Assembly: GCA_018398765.1 (NCBI GenBank)
Contig: JAHBMJ010000197.1
Location: forward strand, 1-54,558
Length of the DNA stretch: 54,558 nucleotides
Direction of reading: 5' to 3'
DNA from: Chromera velia
Lineage: Eukaryota
Shown here: piece after piece, positions 26,081 through 43,724 of the stretch
Numbering within the stretch: position 1 is the first letter of the stretch
Layout of the letters: each line of letters starts with the position of its first letter
Notes under the pieces: generated by a model
What the model was told of the DNA's origin: nothing
What the model saw: the letters and a program-made list of their open reading frames with translations, nothing else
The model's database searches: none
Made by a program: the position numbers and the translations under genes

Positions 26081-27326
26081 AGGGAGGGAGAAAGGGAGGG
26101 AGAAAGGGAGGGAGAAAGGGAGGGAGAGGGAGAGAGAGAGAGAGAGAGAGAGAGACTGTCAGACAGAAAAACAGACGCGCCGACTGAAAGAATCAGTTGG
26201 ATAGTATCGATATCGGTGGGAGATGAAGTCGGTGTTGTCTTCTGCTAAATGCTTTCTGTAGGAGAAGAAAAAGAACGAAGGACGATTTGTTACATGAACT
26301 CAGCCGCATCAGGCAAGTTGACATGATCCTTTCTTCCTTTTTGCTTTGATGGACCTGCAAGTGTGTCTGTCTGCAGTCGGCCTCTCCGTCTGTTTGTTCT
26401 TTTGTTCAGATCGATGCGTCGAAAGTCCCCTTCTTTTGCCCATCTTTTCTTTGCGTGTGACCAGCGACTGCCCATTCTTCTCCCTCCCTCTGTGTGTGTG
26501 TGTGTCTGCTTGTGGAACGATTTCAGGAGTGGGACGGTCAGTGGCTGAGGCCATCTCCCGTCTGGGCTCCCGTCCCCTCCTTCTCTCGGCCGTCGGGGGG
26601 TCGGACGGGTCCGGTCGTTTTCTCCTGGAGGAATGCGAGCGGTCCGGGATCGACACGACGGGTGTGGCTGTGGTGGAGGGCCAACAGACGGCAACGTATT
26701 CGGCTCTGCTCGATGGAGCAGGTCAGTCGGTCATTTGCCTCCTTGGCTGTTGGCACTGCCGAGCTGTCTGTCTTCTCCTGTTTACAGATCTGCATTGAGA
26801 TGCCTGTCTGTATTTTTGTTTATTGACATTCGTCCCTTCCTCTCCCCTGCAAGTCTGCAACCCTCTCTCGTTTCCCTGCCCTGCTTTGTGAAAATGCGAA
26901 TTCCTCAATGAGAGAAAAAGGAACCGACGCGATCGCGCACCCGCATGCCCGCCCGCTTGCCTGCCTGCCTGTCTTCGAGCGAGAAGAGTAGGGGTGTTCC
27001 CACAGTGTGGCGTGCGTCAGTGAGCGGAGCAAACAGACGACGGACGCTGGCTGACTCATGGCGTGCGCACGCACTCACGCACACGCATCGAGACAGACAC
27101 ACACTGCACCTGTACGCACAAAGAGAGAGGGGCGGGGAGTGACAAAGAGAGAAGGCCTTGCCTTAATTATTTTTTCGTCCGCCCCCCTCCCCCCCTTTGT
27201 GTCTCTTTCTTCCCCTGTCTCTGTCTCTATCTCTCTCCCTCCTGCTGCTGCAGGGGAGCTGGTTGGGGCAGTGGCTGCCATGGAGATCCTCGACTCCCTC
27301 CGGGCCTCTCAGGTAGGTAGGTAGGT

Positions 27327-27386
<60 letters not shown>

Positions 27387-30300
27387 CAGAGACAGCGGCA
27401 GAGGCAGAGGCAGAGGCAGAAAGAAAAGAGAGAGAAAAAGAAAGGAAGGCAGACGAGAAGTCGGTTTCTGTCCATCCTCGTAGCACCGATGGAGAAAAAA
27501 TCACTTCATGCAGACTGAGGACAATGGAAGGCAGCCCGCTCTCAACCGATTATTTCAAGGAATTTGCCTCGCTTCAAGGAATTCTCCTCAGGCCTGTTTG
27601 CTTTCTTATGTGGTGTGGTTGTGTTTGCGTTCATTGGCCTCAGTGGGACCAGAGAGACTGACTGACTGCATGGATGGATGCGTGGATGGATGGGTGGATG
27701 GATGGATGGATGGATGGATGGATGGATGGATGGACTGATTGATTCTTGATGGATCTAGTCGGTCCTCTTTGCTTCGATGAATCGTCTTGGAGGCTGTTGA
27801 ATGAGTGGGCTGGCTTCTCTATGTCCCTTTGTTCTGGTTTTATCTTATCTTTGACTTCTATCGGGTTGTCTGTGCGGGCGGAACATCATTTGCAGGTGCC
27901 ATGGGAGGCCCTCGGAGGGTGTGCCTGTCTTGTCTGTGATGCAAACATGAGCGGTGAGTCTGTCGGTGGTTCGGTGAAAGGAGGAAAAGGAAAACGGGGA
28001 AGGCGAAAGAGGGAAGAGGAAAGAAGGGTGATTGAGGATGGAGTTTCTTTGCATGCTTGCCTGCCTGCCTGCATCCAGTCGGTCCTCTCGAACAAAGGAC
28101 GAACTCTTTGGCATATCGAGTTCCGCTTCTGTGAACGTTGCATGCATGGAGAAACGGGTCTCCGCTGTTCATCCACCTGAGGTTCCTTTCCGCCTCTTTC
28201 CTATTTGCTCCCGCATCCCTCCTTTAATAAGTGGGCTGGTCTCATTCGAAAGCGTTAAGTGATACATGAGGAGGAAACTCAGTGAAAGGAGAACCCTGGC
28301 TGATTGCGTGTCTCTTGGCTGGCATGATGGATCGATCTCTTTTTTGGTCAAACGAGAGGCCGGCGAGTGAGTCCAGTGGCGGCCTGCAGGGATGGATGGC
28401 TCATCACATGTGGAACCCCTCGATTCTTTTTTTTCCCTTTCTGGTTGAAGGGCAGAACTTCTATCCCTGAAACTTTCGTACTCAGACAACCCACCGGAAG
28501 GATTTTGGTGACTGCTTCATGCGATCGCTTGCTGGACCCTCTTATTGTCTGCTGGCTGCAGAAAGAGTGTCGCATGCATTTATTTTCATACCCCCCCCCA
28601 AAAATCGCTGGACCGTTAACTTTATTGTGTGCTGGGTGCAGAGGAAGTGGTCGCAAAGGCGGCGAGGGAGTCGTTCGCTCGCGGGCTTCGCTGTCAGTCT
28701 GCAAGACCGGTGATTTCAACGGATAATATATTTTTTTTCCCCTTCCTTTTCGATGCATGTCCAGTGTAATTCTCAGGCAGGCCGGTAGACGGCCGGGCAG
28801 ACCCAAATTGGTCTGAGGCCTTTTCTTTCATTCGTCTGCTGCGGGTGTTCTGTTTATGATGCGAGAATGAGGACAGTCAGTCAGCGGCTCAGAGCGGAAG
28901 AGCGACTTCTTGTCTTTTTGTGTTGTTTGTGGGCCCGGTCGAATGGGTTTGAGGAAGGTGATGCTGTATGAATAAAACCAGGTACGTAGTCTTCCTCGTC
29001 TGTTTCTGTTACATTTTCCTCCCCCTTTCATGCCTTTATCTCCCCCCTCTCTGCTGAACCCAGACTTTTCCTGTGTTGTTGTTGTTGTTGTCGTGTGTTC
29101 CCTCCCTTTAGTATGGTTGGAGCCCGTGTCGGTGCCCAAGGCTCCTCGCCTTCTCTCTGCTTTGCCTGGAAACAGAAGAGGAAACGGTCAGAGCCAGGCA
29201 GGGCCCTTCTTGGTCAAACCAAACGTCGGGGAACTCTTCGCACTTGCTGGAGGGGGGAACACAAGTGACCTCTCAGGAGAAGAGAGCGAGAAGGAGATTG
29301 TGAGAGCCGCGAGGTCCTTGATCCAGCGCGGCATGGAACACGTTCTCGTGTCCTTAGGCGCACGTGGCGCCATTCTTGTCTCTTCCTCACAGGATGCGGT
29401 TGCGCAAAACTCAGGTGCAGCACCCCTGACGCCATTTTCCTTTGAGACATCCATACCTGGGACCCGTTCTTCAGGACTTCCTCTTCGCTTTGGTGTAGAG
29501 ACGTCCGGGGTGACTTCCTCTTCCTCTGCCTCTGGCTCCCTCTCCGACGGTCAGTCCCTCGCTTGCTCTTTCTTCATGTGAGGAACGGTTGTGGAGGGGG
29601 GGCAAGTCGAAGAAGTGAGTGAGTCGGTTCCGAGAAGAAGCAGCAAATCCCTCAGGCTGTAGATCCGTTGAACAGGTTTCTTTGACTCTGAGTCCTTCTT
29701 TCTTTCTTTCTTTCTGCATGTGCGTGTGTGTGTGTGCAGATGATGCAATTGGAGGCGTGTGTGTGCAGATGATGCAATTGGAGGNNNNNNNNNNNNNNNN
29801 NNNNNNNNNNNNNNNNNNNNNNNNNNNNNNNNNNNNNNNNNNNNNNNNNNNNNNNNNNNNNNNNNNNNNNNNNNNNNNNNNNNNNNNNNNNNNNNNNNNN
29901 NNNNNNNNNNNNNNNNNNNNNNNNNNNNNNNNNNNNNNNNNNNNNNNNNNNNNNNNNNNNNNNNNNNNNNNNNNNNNNNNNNNNNNNNNNNNNNNNNNNN
30001 NNNNNNNNNNNNNNNNNNNNNNNNNNNNNNNNNNNNNNNNNNNNNNNNNNNNNNNNNNNNNNNNNNNNNNNNNNNNNNNNNNNNNNNNNNNNNNNNNNNN
30101 NNNNNNNNNNNNTACGTGCGTGTGGGCGCATGAAGTCAAGAGGGTTCCTCTCGCCTTCGCGGTTGTCGCGGGTAAGCGCCTGCATGCAGGCTTCNNNNNN
30201 NNNNNNNNNNNNNNNNNNNNNNNNNNNNNNNNNNNNNNNNNNNNNNNNNNNNNNNNNNNNNNNNNNNNNNNNNNNNNNNNNNNNNNNNNNNNNNNNNNNN

Positions 30301-30557
30301 NNNNNNNNNNNNNNNNNNNNNNNNNNNNNNNNNNNNNNNNNNNNNNNNNNNNNNNNNNNNNNNNNNNNNNNNNNNNNNNNNNNNNNNNNNNNNNNNNNNN
30401 NNNNNNNNNNNNNNNNNNNNNNNNNNNNNNNNNNNNNNNNNNNNNNNNNNNNNNNNNNNNNNNNNNNNNNNNNNNNNNNNNNNNNNNNNNNNNNNNNNNN
30501 NNNNCTTCTCCTTCCCTTTGCATGCGCACTGTGTGCATGGGCGTGTGTGTGTGCGCC

Positions 30558-30616
<59 letters not shown>

Positions 30617-30690
30617 CTGTGTCTGTGTCTGTGTCTGCGTGCAAGTATCCGTCCGTTTGTCTATCTATTTGTCTGTGTGCGTCTCTTTCG

Positions 30691-30743
<53 letters not shown>

Positions 30744-31099
30744 TGCATACGCATGCTCGCAGTGCTTTTTCTTCTGGTCATTTTAGCTCTTTACCCACAA
30801 CTTTCGCGTCTCTTTTTACTTTCTTTCTTCTTGCTTTCTTTCGGTTCCCCCCCCCCTCCTCAGGAATGATTGCTGCGTCGCTGAGCGTCCACTCGCCTGT
30901 GCCCGTCCCCCCCACCCTCTCCGAAGAAGTTCTCGGCCAGACCCTGGGGGCTCTCAGGAAAAGACTGCCATCCGAGGCAGAGTCAGTCGCCGTCTTTGGT
31001 GTCGCGGGGCGCACCCAGTCACCCTCGACGGCATCTGCACACAGTCAGGTGAGGAGTGCGTCGTCTGAGTCTGCAAGGGGGGGTGTTTCTCGTCTTTAG
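18417..31099 (+). CDS. psuG: Bifunctional pseudouridine-5'-phosphate glycosidase (PsuG/IndA family) + PfkB-family pseudouridine kinase, C-terminal PTS1 (SRL)
   Basis: Exons: 18417-18585, 18687-18790, 19066-19102, 19568-19617, 20103-20162, 20662-20695, 21636-21697, 22152-22227, 22758-22787, 23331-23387, 24243-24336, 24582-24683, 24960-25385, 25868-25938, 26527-26721, 27254-27312, 27896-27953, 28642-28692, 29112-29549, [gap], <30113-30171, 30864-31099. All visible junctions are GT-AG and phase-consistent. PsuG motifs: [75 protein letters not shown]. PfkB motifs: [37 protein letters not shown]. Confidence 0.95.
20726..21280. repeat. Intronic (GAAA)n/(GAAAGCAA)n microsatellite
   Basis: Directly visible; source of the K/E/R-rich and F/L/S-rich spurious ORFs. 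Confidence 0.95.
22434..22680. repeat. Intronic 54-bp minisatellite, about 4.6 identical copies
   Basis: Unit TTTTTCATCTCATTTTATGCATCGAATCCCTGCGTTTACTTTCATACAGAATTC repeated head to tail with no spacers. Confidence 0.97.
29785..30504. other. Assembly gaps 29785-30112 and 30195-30504 with an 82-bp island; other gaps at 41329-41361, 46169-46201, 52017-52084
   Basis: N runs. The island carries an exon end ([25 protein letters not shown]). Confidence 0.99.
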
Positions 31100-31334
31100 A
31101 CTGTGGTGCGATCTAGGGTGCGATGCGGCATCTCTGATAGGGGTCACCTGGCCTGCGTAGAGTAACATTTCAAAGGTCTTTCGCGTTTGTTGTTACATCT
31201 AAAGCTAGACCACAAGCCAAGCCTCAAGCTAGGCCTCAAGCTTGGTCTGCATTAGACTCTGCACTAGACTCTGCATATTAGTCATTGAGAAGCACTAGCC
31301 ACTAGGAGGGGCACAGTATTAGCTAAAGTTTTTA

Positions 31335-31573
31335 CTAGGCTCTGCACTCCATAAAAAAAAAAAAAAAAAGGAAAGTTTCCAATCTTTTATTTTATTTTTT
31401 ATTCATCAACTGAAAAGTATATAGTTTTGAATGCAATACCCCGCGCAACACTCTTGCAACACTTGAACAACAGTTGTTTGCCTATTGAATGCCATGACAA
31501 ATAAAAAAAAAATCTATTAAAAAAAAACTTTTTGTCATCTTTTATTTTTTTTTATGTATAGTGCAGAGCCTAG
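31335..31573. mobile_element. MITE (239 bp) with 14-bp perfect TIRs and an 8-bp target-site duplication
   Basis: CTAGGCTCTGCACT (31335-31348) pairs with AGTGCAGAGCCTAG (31560-31573), extended by A and T tracts. AGTTTTTA lies at both 31327-31334 and 31574-31581. Confidence 0.85.
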
Positions 31574-32227
31574 AGTTTTTACTGCAGAGACTTTTTCTCC
31601 AAGACTCTTCAAACTTATTATTCAACGTACCGTATTATGTACGTCACTTAGTAAACCTTATATAGTAAGTCTCACAAAAGTCAGCTGCAACTGTGGTAGT
31701 TATGTATCTGGTCGACTCCCGCAGAAAGATCTACCAAAAAGGTTTAATTAATTGATTACTGTAGTGTCCTACCTCCTGGCGCTGCCCCACTGCCGCCGTT
31801 CGGTCCTTCTCGCATGCACGCCACCTTTGCTTCCATCGCCCGCCGCCATATTCTGTCTGTCTGGCTCCGGAAAGCTTGTCTTTGCGTTCGCGCGGGGACC
31901 GGTTAGATTTAATCCGTTCTCAGCCGTCTCACTGAGATCGTTCGTTCCGTTTGTCCGGTCGTGAGTCTGTCCTTTCTTAGTAAACTAGTCAAGTCAAGTT
32001 CAACTTCGAACTATGAATCCTCTGAACTCTACGAATGGCTAAGGATCTATGCATATCCTATTCCTTAGCTGACTAAGATCTTCAGACTGAGCTAGAGTCG
32101 GTAGAGTTTGTAGATCCGTCTCTCCGTCTAGGCCTCGTCTCTGGTCTAGCTCTCCGTCTGTCCTATCGCTACCTCCAAGGCAGCAGGAAGTTACTACTAC
32201 TAGAGTGACTACATTACTTTACTAGTT

Positions 32228-32320
32228 AGGATAGGACAGAATAGGATAGGATTTATGTTTTAGGTTACCCCGTGGTTCATTACCAGGCCTCGATCGACTT
32301 ACACCGTTGAGAGGGCGCTC
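32228..32320 (-). mobile_element. Retroposon 3'-end remnant with (CCTAT)n tail
   Basis: Plus strand GGATAGGATTTATGTTTTAGGTTACCCCGTGGTTCATTACCAGGCCTCGA aligns with 17133-17190 and 43680-43722. Confidence 0.6.
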
Positions 32321-33295
32321 TAGACGCAGATACCTCAAAACCTGCAGGCTGCTGCGTGCAGATCGAGCGTTCTACGCTAACCTCTCATGTCTATAGGATC
32401 GAGGCTTGGATCGAGGTCCTTTCACTCCTAGTTTCATTTCCCGGGATGATTCCCGACGCCCTCTTTGAACCAATGAGGAAAACTGGATCAATTGATCAAA
32501 CCATTGGTGCCAAAAGCATGCCAAGGAGGAAAGACTGACCGTCATCAACGCGTTTGCCGGCCGGGACAACATCAATCAGACTTTGTACCTTTTCAATTTT
32601 CAATAATTGAAAGAGAAAACGACTGCAAGCGATTGATCGTATCGGTTTTTCCCCTAGTTTTTCCCTTCAGAGATTTCATTAAAAGTAGACGCACAGCAGT
32701 GGGCAGTGGAGAGACTCAAAGCACATAAAAGCCATCCCAGAGCTAGTTCCGAAACTCTGAACGTATAGTCTGCTCAAGCAGACAGGTTTATTAGCTTTCT
32801 TTCATTATGAAAAGGTTTAATTAATTCTACAAAAAAGCTAGCCAAAAAGGTTTAATTAATTGATTACTTTACTAGTCACTTTAGTACTTTTCATAAAATT
32901 ATAAGGGTACTAAAGTCTACTACGACTATAAACTTTAAATTTTACATCTTGGTCCATGACTAACTAGACGATCATTTTAATATCACTTTCAGTACGCTAT
33001 AACTTTGTTCACTGGCGGCCACCTTTAATATTAGGACTATGTTGCAACTTCTATATTGCAACTTTTGTGTCACAGTGATATAACTCAAATTATGACACAA
33101 TATCGTATACACAAGTACCAATATCAGAAAACATCGCATAATGACGCTATGGTTTGCGCTTTTATGTTTTAAAACACTGTTTTTAAGGTTGTCCGACCGT
33201 GTTTTCAAGGCTGTATTAGTTAGGTACAGTTTAAGGTGCAGTCCGGTACGCTACCTCTTAGTACTACTGGCGTAGTAAGCTTTTGAGTAGTTTAG

Positions 33296-35765
33296 CTAAC
33301 GTACGCATACTCCCGAAACGTTGACTCCAATTTTTTTTAGCTCTTGGGCATCTTGTCCGAGAAGCCCTGATCCCCCTGCCCAAATCACCAGCCATTTTTT
33401 CTTGCGGGCCTGTGAAAGTATACAAGCCTCTTTCAAGTCCCCCACACATTCGTGCGAGACCCCACGAACGTTTCCAAAGTCAATGAAGGAAAGATTTTGC
33501 ATTCCCCCCATTTCCAGGGCCTCCCGGAGAGCCCGCACTGTCAGTGGGCCCACTGCAGTCCCCCTAAGGGACAGCCTCGTTAACCTCGACATCCTGCCTA
33601 GCTCTTCCACCAGGGCCGCGACACCAACGTCAGTGACGCCGGTGCGGGACAGGTCGACACTTTCAACTGATGCGGGAAGAAAAGTGTTTGTGCGGAGGAA
33701 ACGGAGGAGGTCGACGAGCGACTGCAGCTCGGCATCACCCAGCAGGACTCTTCCAGACAGCTGCACGTGCTTGAGGGACCTTGCTGGACGAAAGACAAAG
33801 CCTCGGTACAGATCTTTGACTATTTCGGCGTCGGCCCCATTTGTGAATTTTTTGGTGTCCAAAACGGAATTGAACTCTTCCGGACACGCGGGCATCTGAA
33901 CGCTTTGCTTGCTTTGTGCAACAGTCTCCCTCTCTGACTCTCTTTCGAAATCTTCGCCTTCGAGAGTGCTCAGATGCAGCACGAGACGGGGAGATTTGAA
34001 GCCTGTGATGAAGGTCTCAAAGCAAGGCCACCCCCTTAGTGCGTATGCAATGGAATCGGCAGGGACCCCGGTTGACTTACACACCCTCGTATGGGGACTA
34101 CTGTACAAGATCTCAAGGTCATTCAGTGCTTCTTTGAATAATTCGTTTTGCGTCTCATCTCTCGGCTTTTGGAAGAGGGACATTAAGTCCCAAAAGACAA
34201 CGACTTTGTCTGCGCGGTCCCCCCGTGCCCACCACCTCCCTCTAATGTCCTTAACCAGTCTCTTCAAATGGAAAAGGTCTGGGTCTGGGTGATCTTTGGA
34301 CAACCACGCGTAGGACAAACAGACGATCGAATATCCGGACCTAGAGGGAAAAGGACCGGCACCCACCTGAGAACTTACCTCGACTGCCTTTGCAACTTTC
34401 TCTTCGCTCGCCCCCAACTGAACTAGTGTCTCTTCCATGTCCTGCCTTCTTGGGACGGGCTTTTCCTTTTCAAGGAGCAACTCAAGAACCCACAAAGGCC
34501 AAAGAGCGACGGCCTGTTTAGACAGCAGAGACGCCAGGGGACCCCACGACTCCCCTTCGGACGCCGCCCAATCAAATCTGCTTCTGCTGTCTAACACATC
34601 CCCGTCAGAAAGGAGACCTGACAACAAAGCTGCAACGTCCGCGTGTCCGTTTTCACGAGCAATCTCAATTATTTTGTCCGAAAAAGAAACATTCGCAACA
34701 GGGGTAGACTCCTTCTCCTTCAACGCTTTTAAAATCCTGGCCGTCACCTCAAGATGACCATTTCTTACGGCCAGATGCAGAGCCCTCCCCCCCCCCGCAC
34801 CCAAATCCGCCCCAGCATCAAGCAGTAGGCTCAGCGTCTGCAGGTGCCCCCCCCGCGCCGCCACTGTCAAAGGGGTCCAACCTGCCTGGTCAGACTTTGA
34901 CGGGTTAGCACCCGACCTTAGAAGGAGGTCTGCAAGGTTAACGAAACCGTTTTGGCTAGCAAGTAGAAGAGCAAAACCCCCGTCGGGCCGCTCAGAGTGC
35001 ACGTCCGCCCCCGAGGCAATAAGCAACTCTGCGACTTCCAAGTGCCCGTTCTCTGAAACGTACATCAGTGCATCCACACCCTTTCCGTTTTTTGCCATCA
35101 CCTCAGCACCCCATCGAAGAAGCAAATCTACTACCTCGACGTGACCTTTCTGTGCAGCCAGAATGAGCGCAGTGAACCCGTCACGGGCCTTCTTTCTGTT
35201 GACATGTGCTCCTGACGAGAGCAATTTGAACGCCACTCGCACATGTCCATTTTGACTTGCAACCATCAGCGCTGTGCTGCCAAACTGGTCACTTCCCTTC
35301 GGATCGGCTCCCCCGTCCTCCATCAAGGCAACAACTGAGTCGGTGTGGCCACCCGCAGCCGCAGCCATGAGGCACGGTTGGGATACAGAGGAATCGAGAC
35401 AGAAACGCACTTCGCTCTCAGGCTGTGACTCTTCCCCCTCCCCTGCTCCCTTCAGAGGCTGTGCGTGAAGTCTGCAGAGGCAACGAATGACATCTGCTCG
35501 ACCTCTGACAGAAGCGGCTTTGAGCACCGCGGAGACTTTTCCTGCAAGAAGAAAAAAAAAGAGATGCAGGCAACGTGAATCATCGTGATGGTCGCCCCCG
35601 TACTTTTCATGCACCTATGTGCACTGCCTTCCTCCCACTTCTGCTTCTTTCCCTGCCTATCTGTGTCTGAGTCTGTTGATGACTGTCAGAGCTCGTCTGT
35701 GTCTATCTGAGTCAGTGGGTGTCTATTAGTTTCCATATTTGCATATGTTTGCCACTCTCCCTTCC

Positions 35766-35828
<63 letters not shown>

Positions 35829-36001
35829 CACACAGACAGACAGACAGACAGACAGACTGACAGACAGACAGACAGACCATTTAGGTGCCTCTGCGGTACT
35901 TCGCCGCTATGGGACATCTCACCCACATGATCCTCCAAGCTCTTCATCCCCTCGTCCACCCCAGTCGCGTCCCCTCCCTCTTCCTTCAGCCCTCTCAGCA
36001 T
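33296..36001 (-). CDS. Ankyrin-repeat + HET-like domain + leucine-rich-repeat protein
   Basis: Exon 36002-35878 (ATG at 36001, donor GTCTGT) joins exon 35541-33296 in phase 1; a probable non-coding exon ends at 36635. About 8 ankyrin repeats (GSTALMVASQNGH, GFTALILAAQKGH, GWTPLTVAARGGH). Then LSYAW...HPDP...FWDLMSLFQ...LY...RGWPCFE. Then RI-like LRRs (VDLSRTGVTDVGVAAL, LSLRGTAVG). Confidence 0.88.
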
Positions 36002-36154
36002 CCTGCAAGCAAATTTAGATAGGAAAAAGGAGAACAAGAAAAAGCACAGCAACATATACACAGTCAAGAAGAAGACTTGAGCACTTCAAGTACGAACGAA
36101 CTACCATGCAGATACGAAGTTCTGCATAGTGCAAGCCACGCGGCATTGAAGTCG

Positions 36155-36197
<43 letters not shown>

Positions 36198-36212
36198 AAA
36201 AAAGAAAGAAAA

Positions 36213-36244
<32 letters not shown>

Positions 36245-36259
36245 AAAAAAGAAAGAAAA

Positions 36260-36290
<31 letters not shown>

Positions 36291-36388
36291 GGAAGGAAGG
36301 AAAGAAGGAAGCCTGCTGCTGCAGATCGATGGACCGTGCATGTGACTCCATTTGGCTCCACATGTCCGCAAGACACACGCACGCACGC

Positions 36389-36429
<41 letters not shown>

Positions 36430-36560
36430 GCATACACACACACACACACACACACACAAGCATACAGGCCTGCCGAGCGACTCCTCCAGTAAACGCCCGC
36501 CACCACAAATTTCATTCCCCTCTTTGCATGCTCCTCCGTATCTTTCTGCACATCACACAA

Positions 36561-36591
<31 letters not shown>

Positions 36592-37299
36592 GACACAGAG
36601 GGAGAGAGAGAGAGAGAAAGAGAGATAAATTCACCTGAATTGTCAGTTGATTGAATCAAATTTTCGGCGTGGACTGTCGCCCGAACGACCGTCAATTCTG
36701 CTCCCGGATCTAATTACATGCATGCTCGTCTATTAAATTTCTGAATGTATGGGTCGCTTCACTGGTTACTCTTTCACAAGCATCGCAAGAGAGGAATTCA
36801 ATGGTGTACGGGCATTCGAGCGTGTACAAATTGCTACGAGTCTGGAGAATGCACTTCGAAAGCTCGCCAACCCACTTGTTTGCTTCTGCCCCAGTACCGC
36901 GCGCTCCTCCTCTGTGTACGAAAGGACGGAACCACCGCAACCCATCGTATGAACTCAGCGAGCAACGAAGCCAGAGGACCACTCTGGTCGATTTTCGGCT
37001 GTTTGAACAAGAGGGTTTGCTACCTTAAAAAAAAGTAGGACGTTTCCGAGCATATATATCATCCTTCCGTCATGCAGCAAACATGCATTAATGTACGGCG
37101 TGCTAATTTTTCCTTTGAGAGCGACCAACGCAAGTGCATTCAATAAAAGGTAGACTTTCTGAGGTGACGCAGGAACACATCATCCTGCGGATGAGAAGTT
37201 TGCCTGGACGGTCATCGTTGACATATACATTGACATCTGTACGTTTCCTACATCTTATATCAATACAGTACTTTATGTATTAATATGAAAAGTGATGTT

Positions 37300-37520
37300 G
37301 ACACAGCATCGAAGGTCAGACATGCAGTCGCGAAATCGCAAATTCATTTCAGCCGGTCATGTCGGGGGGCAGATGAAATCAGCCGGCCGGGAGATGCCGC
37401 GCGCGCGGGAGGCCCCATGCATATAGCTGCATGAGATTAATTGCACACGCGCACTTGCAGGCAATTTGTGTTGCGGGCGATTCCCGGCATGCAATTCCTG
37501 GCGATTCAAGTTCTCTCTCG
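37300..37520. promoter_or_regulatory. CpG-rich putative promoter between divergent genes
   Basis: GCCGCGCGCGCGGG, several CATGCA/TGCATG/GCATGC words and TGCACAC just upstream of CWC24. Confidence 0.35.
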
Positions 37521-37677
37521 GCTCTATAGTCTCAGTGAATCTCTCTCGACATTCTCACACATCTCAACTTTCAACACCGCAGGGTCTCTCTCTTGCGCCT
37601 GATTGCTTCCGGGGAAAGACGGCAGCTTGCGGCATTTCGTTTTTCTTCTCCCTAATCAAGTGGAAGGAGACGGCAAG

Positions 37678-43379
<5,702 letters not shown>

Positions 43380-43641
43380 GACAGTTTATAAAAATCCACG
43401 ATGCATATACCGCAATTTATGTCTCGGTATACTAGTAGTACGCGTGTGCACATGCAGCATAAGATTGCAATGTTACGCTTGATGCAACGTTGTTTATCAA
43501 ACAGAAAATGATTTCAGTAACCCTAGGCCACCCACATCAAAAAGAAAATTTAGCTGAAAACTTTTTTTTTTTAACATTCACATCTGGTCTACTAGTGAAA
43601 AAACTTAAAATTTAACTATTTTTTACGATTATTTTTTTTAT

Positions 43642-43724
43642 TAGGATAGGACCTAGGATAAGATGGGCTAGGATCTACGATAGGATTTATGTTCCGGGTT
43701 CCCCCGCGGTCCACTGCCAGGGGT
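43642..43724 (-). mobile_element. Retroposon 3'-end remnant with degenerate (CCTAT)n tail
   Basis: Plus strand TAGGATAGG...GATAGGATTTATGTTCCGGGTTCCCCCGCGGTCCACTGCCAGG, same family as the copies at 17130 and 32230. Confidence 0.6.

Noticed and set aside
29471..30869. Long ORFs spanning N runs
   Set aside because: Open only because of assembly gaps.
33321..34757. Plus-strand ORFs opposite the ANK-HET-LRR gene, and likewise 13057-13851
   Set aside because: Antisense shadows of GC-rich coding sequence with no recognisable motifs.
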